DNA of 64,000 nucleotides from an uncultured Thiomicrospira sp. (GTDB lineage Bacteria; Pseudomonadota; Gammaproteobacteria; CAKMZV01): NCBI GenBank assembly GCA_965195345.1, contig OZ239628.1, positions 1,120,001 to 1,184,000 of the forward strand, read 5' to 3'. Shown piece by piece: positions 56,972 to 64,000 of this stretch (position 1 is its first letter; each line of letters starts with the position of its first letter). The notes under the pieces were generated by a model. It saw only the letters and a program-made list of their open reading frames with translations, ran no database searches and was not told where the DNA came from. The position numbers and the translations under genes were made by a program.

Positions 56972-58272
56972 GCGACTATACTGTAGAAAAAATAGTAGGA
57001 GTAACAAGCTCAAATACATCAAAACTCAATCTCAACGGGAACTACAAAAAATCAGTGTATAGTCAAAAGAAAGGCAGCCAGAAAGGCTTTTTATTGCCGA
57101 TGATTCCTGTTCTTGTATTACTATTTATTGCACCGCTGAGTGCTTTAACCCAAAGGATAGATTTAGATAAGGGTTATGAGCTTAGTCAAATGCTCAAAAC
57201 TTTGTTGTCGTTTTCACGAACGTTTGATTTACGCCAATCCACTTCTGGCAATGCTTTTTCTGGACTATATAGATACCTCCCCTGTCCTGGCGGGAAGTAT
57301 GCTGTACGTGATGATGCGTCCGATTGTTTTGCAAGAAGCTCAAGTAATTACTCCATTGGATCTATACCGTGGTTCACTTTGGGATTGCAAAAACCAAAGA
57401 AACTATCAAAATGCTACTGGCTGCTTGTTCCAGGGAATGTTCATCAAAATAGCTTGACCATAAACACCTTACATAACGCAGATATAGAGGAAAAAATTTA
57501 CTTTAATGGTAGCAGAGGAGTAGCTGCTGTAATAGAGAATATTGATCGTATCCGAGTAAATCAATTTGAACAGTGTAATGACGAACGTACACTGAATGCG
57601 CTTAATGAAATACTTGACTTGCCTACAGCTGTTAAAAACTCATTGGTGCTCGATGAATTGGGCGTAAACGTTCGTCTCATCACTGCTAAGCAATTATTTG
57701 TTGATATCTATACAAATAATTCTTTTAAGCGTGTGCGTGATGAGTTTGCTCAATCCATGCTAACTTGCTTAAGCCAAAGATCTAATTCTATTGCAAACGA
57801 CACTCATAACGGACTTCCTGCAGCATTCATAAATACTAATATTGCCAATGGACACAAAATATCGAATTATAGAGAGGGGTCTGAAAGTTTAGGATGGTTG
57901 CCAATCTTGGATGCTAAGGGCAACTCTAAGCGAGATGAGTTGATATACGACTGTGATTATTATAATTTAAATGTTGCTCCTCTTGATCGAGTTTCAGGCT
58001 CTACTACATCAGCGCATAGGCGTTTTTGGATGAACTGGAAAGATCATTGGTTTTGGAAGGTCTCAGTTAAGTGCGGTGTTGGTGGGAAATGTGTTGAATA
58101 CAAGGGAAAATCATATATGGCTATATTACTTTTCGCTGGTGAAAGGCTTGATTCTCAAACGCGCCCTTCTTCCGATTTATCTGATTACTTAGAAGAGCCT
58201 TTCACAGCACACGCCAATTCTAATGACGTGGCTTATTGTCTTGATATTCAACACGATATTGTTATATGTTAA
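56968..58272 (+). CDS. Large pseudopilin-like protein
   Basis: QKGFLL + hydrophobic stretch, LPCP, G.IPW.TLGL. Confidence 0.6.
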   Translation: MSDYTVEKIVGVTSSNTSKLNLNGNYKKSVYSQKKGSQKGFLLPMIPVLVLLFIAPLSALTQRIDLDKGYELSQMLKTLLSFSRTFDLRQSTSGNAFSGLYRYLPCPGGKYAVRDDASDCFARSSSNYSIGSIPWFTLGLQKPKKLSKCYWLLVPGNVHQNSLTINTLHNADIEEKIYFNGSRGVAAVIENIDRIRVNQFEQCNDERTLNALNEILDLPTAVKNSLVLDELGVNVRLITAKQLFVDIYTNNSFKRVRDEFAQSMLTCLSQRSNSIANDTHNGLPAAFINTNIANGHKISNYREGSESLGWLPILDAKGNSKRDELIYDCDYYNLNVAPLDRVSGSTTSAHRRFWMNWKDHWFWKVSVKCGVGGKCVEYKGKSYMAILLFAGERLDSQTRPSSDLSDYLEEPFTAHANSNDVAYCLDIQHDIVIC

Positions 58273-59003
58273 CAAGATTAAGCAAAGGATTCTCTTTGAT
58301 CGAAATTGCGCTGGTGTTGTTGATTATTGCTATTTTGATAAACAATGTAGGCATCCCCTTGCATCAAAGGGAGGCGCAAGAGAAATTCAGATCGGCAGAG
58401 CGTCAATTGACTCATTTAGGGAGTGTTATAAATGCGTTCGTAGCATCTCAAGGGCGTTTGCCCTGCCCTGCAAGCGCTTCAAGCAATGGTAATGAGACTT
58501 TTGATGGTGATCGTTGTTTAATAAGCAATGGCTTTGTGCCTGCAACGACCCTTGGTTTGGCTGGAAAAAGAAATGCAGATGGGCTGTTGCTTGATCAATG
58601 GAATCAACCCGTGCGTTATCATGTAAGTAAGGCAAGCGAATGGTTGTGGTTTTCATTGAATGATATGAAGAATTTAAAGGATCTTTCCACGTTGACGGGA
58701 GATCTTAAGGTATGCTCTGAGGATTGCGATATAAGCAACGTCTCATTATTTACCAATAGTGCGCCCTATGTACTTTTATCATTAGGGGAGTATGTTAGAC
58801 CTAGAGGGGCTTTGGAGATTGAAAATGCTGGAGAATCGGTGATTCAAGGGAATGGGGATTATGGTATTAATGCCAATGAATATTTTGTGTATACAGAGCA
58901 CAAGCCCCAAACAGAAAGAAATGCAGGGTTTGACGATTTACTACATTGGGAGTCCAGATATGTTTTGCAAAGGATATTGTTGGATTCTGGGTTTTTGCAA
59001 TAG
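58266..59003 (+). CDS. Prepilin/pseudopilin
   Basis: KGFSLIEIALVLLIIA cleavage motif, GRLPCPA, DQWNQP. Confidence 0.85.
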   Translation: MLTRLSKGFSLIEIALVLLIIAILINNVGIPLHQREAQEKFRSAERQLTHLGSVINAFVASQGRLPCPASASSNGNETFDGDRCLISNGFVPATTLGLAGKRNADGLLLDQWNQPVRYHVSKASEWLWFSLNDMKNLKDLSTLTGDLKVCSEDCDISNVSLFTNSAPYVLLSLGEYVRPRGALEIENAGESVIQGNGDYGINANEYFVYTEHKPQTERNAGFDDLLHWESRYVLQRILLDSGFLQ

Positions 59004-59189
59004 TAGTGCGCTAATCTGTTGATTTTATTTAAAATCGCAGTTTCATACAGAATGAACACTAATGCCGTGATAAATAACTACACTGTCGTTTGCAGTATAA
59101 GAGTACTTTTTGTGTGATATCACGTTTTTTAATGGTTAAAATAGTGGTTAAATCTATTTCACACATTTTAAATACCATCAAACACTTTT

Positions 59190-61412
59190 ATGAAAACTAA
59201 TAAAACATTAGATGCTCAAGCCATAGAGTATCATCGGATTGCCCCAGCTGGGAAACTTGAAATTCGTGCGACAAAGCCAATGGGAAATAGACACGATCTG
59301 AGTCTTGCCTACTCTCCAGGTGTTGCTGCAGCATGTGAACTCATTGCGAAAGATGCCGAGCAGGCATATACGATGACAACGAAAGGAAATTTAGTTGGTA
59401 TTATCTCTAATGGCACGGCTGTTTTAGGCTTAGGCAATATTGGTGCATTAGCTTCAAAGCCTGTTATGGAGGGAAAAGCGGTTCTTTTTAAACGTTTCGG
59501 AGATATTAACGCATTTGATTTAGAAGTTGACGAAACGGATGTTGACCGCTTTTGCCAAGTTGTTTCATCTCTTGAACCTACTTTTGGCGGTATAAATCTT
59601 GAGGACATAAAAGCACCTGAATGCTTTGAAATAGAGAAGAAACTTCAAGAGATCATGAATATCCCCGTTTTTCATGACGATCAACACGGTACAGCTATTA
59701 CAGCTTCTGCGGCACTTATCAACGGTTTAGATCTAGCAAACAAGGAAATAGCTAAGGTACGCATTGTTTGCAATGGTGCCGGAGCGGCAGGTCTCGCATG
59801 CCTCAATATGTTTATCGCTTTGGGAGCTCGTGTGGAAAATATTACTCTGTGCGACTCTAGAGGAGTTGTCTATAAAAATCGTGAACATGGCATTAATAAA
59901 TATAAGAGTAAATTTGCTAATGAAACAGAATACAGAACCCTTGCAGATGCAATGGTTGGAGCCGATGTATTTATTGGCGTATCTAAGCCAAATACGGTTA
60001 CTAAGGACATGGTGCGCTCAATGGCTGATACGCCGTTAGTGTTTGCAATGGCAAACCCAAATCCAGAAATTTTGCCAGAGGACGCAAAGGCTGCACGCCC
60101 TGACGTTATTTGTGCAACAGGTCGCTCTGATTTCCCAAATCAGGTCAACAATGTTTTGTGCTTTCCATTTATTTTTAGAGGGGCTTTAGATGTTGGAGCA
60201 CGATGCATTAATGATGAAATGAAGGTTGCGTGTGCACATGCAGTCGCTAAATTGGCTCGGTTAGAAACTGACGATGCTGTACAAAAAGCCTACGTTGGTG
60301 AAGATTTAAAGTTTGGCTCAGAAATGTTAATACCTAAGCCCTTTGATGGACGGTTGATGCTTTACGTGCCTCCTGCAGTCGCAAAGGCTGCCATGGATAG
60401 TGGCGTTGCCACAAGGCCGATAGAAGATTTCGATGCTTATAAAAGATCTTTAGAACGTTTAGTCTATAGGTCAGCTGGAGTTATGCAGCCTATATTTAAT
60501 GCGGCGTTGGGTGATCCTAAACGCTTAGTCATGAGTGATGGCGATAATTCAAAAGTATTACAAGCCATACAAATTGGAATTAATGAAGGCATTATTGTTC
60601 ACCCTACATTGATAGGAAATCGTAGTACCATCGAATGCAAGATGGCTGAATTTGGATTAAGATTTAAACTGGACGAAGAAGTATTAGTACTGGATACCGA
60701 ATCTGAGAAGTATCAGAACATGCTATCTGAATGTGAGTCAATGGGACTTGATCATCATGGTGTGGCAATGCTTTTATTGGAAAGGAATCAATGCGATGCG
60801 GTCATATCAGGGGTTGATGGCGATGTTAAGAATAATTTTCGTGCAATCCGTAGTATTATCGGTTTGAAAGATGGAAGTGAATATCTAAGTGGCACACATT
60901 GTGTACTAATCAATGAAGAGCCTGTTTTTCTTACTGATACGGTCTTTGCTGATTCACCCTGTCCTCAGCGACTATTAGATATAACTCGTCAAGGAGTGGA
61001 AGTCGTCAAAACATTTGGCTTAACTCCAAGAGTTGCAGTGCTATCACATTCAAATTTTGGTAGTTCCAATCTTGAATCTGCACAAAAAGCACACGAAACT
61101 GCTCAGTTGATACATTCAAATTTTCCAGAATTATCTTTCGATGGAGAAATGAGCGCTGAAGCTGCTTTAAATGAGGATATTAGAAATTATTTTAAGCATT
61201 CTAAAAACCTAACGAGTTTTGCTAATTTGCTCATAATGCCAAACTTGGATGCGGCTAGCATTGCATATCGCATGCTTAAGACGGTAAACGATTTCACAAT
61301 AGGACCAATTTTATCTGGCAGTGCAAAACCAGTGCATATAATGAATGGTACATCATCCATACGGAGTATATATAACATGATGGCCTATTCTGTTGCGCAA
61401 GCACAAAAATAA
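59190..61412 (+). CDS. maeB: NADP-dependent malic enzyme with PTA-like domain
   Basis: DLSLAYSPGVA, SKPVMEGKAVLFK, VFHDDQHGT, ATGRSDFPNQVNN, LSHSNFGS. Confidence 0.96.
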   Translation: MKTNKTLDAQAIEYHRIAPAGKLEIRATKPMGNRHDLSLAYSPGVAAACELIAKDAEQAYTMTTKGNLVGIISNGTAVLGLGNIGALASKPVMEGKAVLFKRFGDINAFDLEVDETDVDRFCQVVSSLEPTFGGINLEDIKAPECFEIEKKLQEIMNIPVFHDDQHGTAITASAALINGLDLANKEIAKVRIVCNGAGAAGLACLNMFIALGARVENITLCDSRGVVYKNREHGINKYKSKFANETEYRTLADAMVGADVFIGVSKPNTVTKDMVRSMADTPLVFAMANPNPEILPEDAKAARPDVICATGRSDFPNQVNNVLCFPFIFRGALDVGARCINDEMKVACAHAVAKLARLETDDAVQKAYVGEDLKFGSEMLIPKPFDGRLMLYVPPAVAKAAMDSGVATRPIEDFDAYKRSLERLVYRSAGVMQPIFNAALGDPKRLVMSDGDNSKVLQAIQIGINEGIIVHPTLIGNRSTIECKMAEFGLRFKLDEEVLVLDTESEKYQNMLSECESMGLDHHGVAMLLLERNQCDAVISGVDGDVKNNFRAIRSIIGLKDGSEYLSGTHCVLINEEPVFLTDTVFADSPCPQRLLDITRQGVEVVKTFGLTPRVAVLSHSNFGSSNLESAQKAHETAQLIHSNFPELSFDGEMSAEAALNEDIRNYFKHSKNLTSFANLLIMPNLDAASIAYRMLKTVNDFTIGPILSGSAKPVHIMNGTSSIRSIYNMMAYSVAQAQK

Positions 61413-61520
61413 TTGAAAATCGTTGATTATCTTCTCCATGTCCTTCTTTTCTTAACAAAAGGCTTGCCGAATATTTCGGCAGTGATATTGAACATACAAA
61501 ATTACTAAGTTCTAACAGCA

Positions 61521-61541
61521 TTTTCCACAGAGTTATCCACA
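61521..61541 (+). promoter_or_regulatory. Two tandem DnaA boxes
   Basis: TTTTCCACA (61521) and TTATCCACA (61533). Confidence 0.55.
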
Positions 61542-61895
61542 GGAATAGAGTGTAAATAATTAGAAAAAATCATGAATGGAATTAATGAAAGGCATTGAAA
61601 TATAAGAAAATAAGCCATTTTTCCTATAAATCACTTTCATACATGGGCAGAATGTCATTGTTTAGTTATTAACAATGCTTCTAAACGATTGATTATTATG
61701 ATTCTCTTCGAAATGTAAGTACTTTTTGTCCATTCAAACTTTGAAAAAATAGGTCGTTTCAATTGATTATTTCTGTTCACTACGATTGTCTTTTTACTCA
61801 ACGCATTAAACAAGTTTATTAAAACAAAATCACTCAATAAAATGACTCCCTTAAGCAATGCCTTCTTCAAGAAGTGTTCAAGGTAGAATATCCAC

Positions 61896-63179
61896 ATGTT
61901 ATATGGTCTTGGAATTAGTCATGAAACCGCTCCGCTTAGCGCACGCGAGTGCGTTGTTATTTCTGAAGAAAATTTGAAGAAAAATCTTATTGAAATCTTT
62001 GATTTTCCAGAAGTTACAGGAATCGTTTTGCTTTCAACGTGTAATCGAACCGAAATCTATTGCGCTCTAAAAGAACCTAAATTTGATCAATTAAAAAATT
62101 GGCTACACTCATCGCACAATTTAACTAAAGATGCACTTGCCCCTTATTTATACCACCTTAAGGGTATTGATCTTGTACATCATGTTATGCGCGTTTCAGC
62201 GGGTCTAAATTCATTGATTTTAGGGGAGCCACAAATTCTTGGGCAAATGAAGAAAGCACATCAAACTGCACAGCAGGCTGGTACGATTGATGCACAGCTT
62301 GAAAAAATGTTTCAAAGTGCCTTTAGAGCGGCGAAATCAATACGTTCAGAAACAGAAATAGGTGCACATAGCGTTTCTATCGCTTACGCGGCTACACAGC
62401 TCTCACAAAAGATTTTTAATGACCTTTCATCCTGTACCGCCCTTCTTTCAGGTGCTGGAGAAACAATTGAACTGGTTGCTACACACTTAAAACAGCAAAA
62501 CATTGGCAGTATGATGTTCGCTAATCGCAGTATTGAAAATGCTCAAAAACTTGCTGAACGTTTTGATGGCTACGCAATTACGCTGGATAAAATACCACTT
62601 CATGCTTATAAAGCAGACGTTATTATCTCTTCGACGTCCTCGCCTATTCCAATTTTTAGCCACAAGATGATTGAATCTGCATTAAAGAAGCGCAATCATA
62701 GCCCGATTTTTTTAGCAGACCTTGCTGTTCCAAGAGATGTTGAGAGTAGCGTATCAGCATTAGCAGATGCGTATCTTTATACAGTGGATGATCTTAAAGA
62801 CATCATCCAAGAGAATTTAGAGCAAAGAAAGAAAGCCGCACGTGAAGCAGAAAAAATTATTGAGCAGCACGGTGGCGAGTTTATGCAATGGATTAATGAA
62901 AAATCGGTTGTCCCGTCTCTTTTGAAAATCAGAACACTGGCAGATGATTCAAAAACGGCTCTACTTGAGCAAGCTAAGAGGCAACTGAAGAATGGTCGTT
63001 CAACCGATGAAGTGATGGAACAACTGGCAAATCAATTAACTAATAAATTACTTCACCCTCCTACTATTGCTTTAAAAAAGGCATGTGAGACGAATGATAT
63101 AGATTTGGTTGAAACAATTGAAAAGATTTATTTAAATGACAAAAAATTTAAAAAGGATATCGAAGACGGCACAATATGA
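61896..63179 (+). CDS. hemA: Glutamyl-tRNA reductase
   Basis: [27 protein letters not shown]. Confidence 0.96.
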   Translation: MLYGLGISHETAPLSARECVVISEENLKKNLIEIFDFPEVTGIVLLSTCNRTEIYCALKEPKFDQLKNWLHSSHNLTKDALAPYLYHLKGIDLVHHVMRVSAGLNSLILGEPQILGQMKKAHQTAQQAGTIDAQLEKMFQSAFRAAKSIRSETEIGAHSVSIAYAATQLSQKIFNDLSSCTALLSGAGETIELVATHLKQQNIGSMMFANRSIENAQKLAERFDGYAITLDKIPLHAYKADVIISSTSSPIPIFSHKMIESALKKRNHSPIFLADLAVPRDVESSVSALADAYLYTVDDLKDIIQENLEQRKKAAREAEKIIEQHGGEFMQWINEKSVVPSLLKIRTLADDSKTALLEQAKRQLKNGRSTDEVMEQLANQLTNKLLHPPTIALKKACETNDIDLVETIEKIYLNDKKFKKDIEDGTI

Positions 63180-64000
63180 TAAAGGCAAACATACGAAATA
63201 AAATTCTAACATTGAATGATCGATTCGATGATTTAGAAAACAAGCTGTCTGATTCCTCCATTTTAAATGATCATGCGCTTTTGCGTCAATATTCACAAGA
63301 ACGCTCCTCTTTAAGTAGCATAATTGAAGCTTGGCAGAGTTATTTGCAAACAGAAATTGATATTGAAGAAACTCATACCCTATTAGATGACCCTGAAATG
63401 GAAGAAATGGCGCAAGGGGAGATTAACAGTCTGAAGCAAAAGTTGAGTGAACTAACTACGCAGATTAATACACTGCTTCTGCCTAAAAATCCACACGATG
63501 ACAATAACATTTTGCTTGAAATTCGTGCGGGAACTGGGGGCAATGAAGCATCTATATTTGTTGGGGACTTATTGCGTATGTATTCTCGATACGCAGAGCA
63601 AAAACGCTGGAAAATTGAAATACTTAGCGTAAGTGAAGGAGAAGTTGGCGGTTATAAAGAAGTTATTACACGTGTTATTGGCAAAGGCGCCTATTCGCGC
63701 TTAAAGTTTGAATCGGGTGCGCATCGAGTGCAACGTGTACCAACAACGGAATCACAAGGACGTATCCATACATCAGCTTGCACCGTAGCAGTAATGGCTG
63801 AACCCGATGATTTCGAAGAGATTGAAATAGATACAAAAGACTTACGTATAGATACCTTTAGAGCTTCTGGTGCAGGTGGACAGCATGTTAATAAAACCGA
63901 TTCCGCTATTCGAATAACTCACCTTCCAAGTGGTATAGTTGTTGAATGCCAGCAAGGGCGTTCTCAGCACCAAAATAAAGCGCATGCATTGACTATTCTT
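63176..64000 (+). CDS. prfA: Peptide chain release factor 1 (runs off the window end)
   Basis: ATG 63176 overlapping hemA stop; [33 protein letters not shown]. Confidence 0.95.
   Translation, partial: MIKANIRNKILTLNDRFDDLENKLSDSSILNDHALLRQYSQERSSLSSIIEAWQSYLQTEIDIEETHTLLDDPEMEEMAQGEINSLKQKLSELTTQINTLLLPKNPHDDNNILLEIRAGTGGNEASIFVGDLLRMYSRYAEQKRWKIEILSVSEGEVGGYKEVITRVIGKGAYSRLKFESGAHRVQRVPTTESQGRIHTSACTVAVMAEPDDFEEIEIDTKDLRIDTFRASGAGGQHVNKTDSAIRITHLPSGIVVECQQGRSQHQNKAHALTIL

Overview
AT-rich gammaproteobacterial chromosome window. Housekeeping flanks: glnA, split coaC/coaB, dut, a bufferin-type RiPP cluster, nudE, xth, queF, rlmE, yhbY, metZ on the left; TauE exporter, pyrC'-pyrB, yqgF-yqgE, dprA plus a T2SS/MSHA-like pilus cluster, maeB, hemA, prfA on the right. 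Between them (about 11.2-44.7 kb) is a single tyrosine recombinase gene with a palindromic 28-bp (11-6-11) site just upstream, followed by a head-to-tail stack of PM2-like (double jelly-roll, tailless) prophages: two apparently intact, non-identical units (13,834 and 14,313 bp) with different repressor/operator modules, and a third, heavily deleted unit that retains a tandem array of membrane-anchored pentapeptide-repeat genes. No unit encodes its own integrase. Each intact unit has a second, inverted copy of the recombination site inside the 3' end of its repressor gene; flipping the ~470-bp segment between the two sites would fuse the repressor in frame to a 128-aa C-terminal extension, suggesting a recombinational repressor switch. 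All product calls are by eye from motifs and gene order; no database searches were run.
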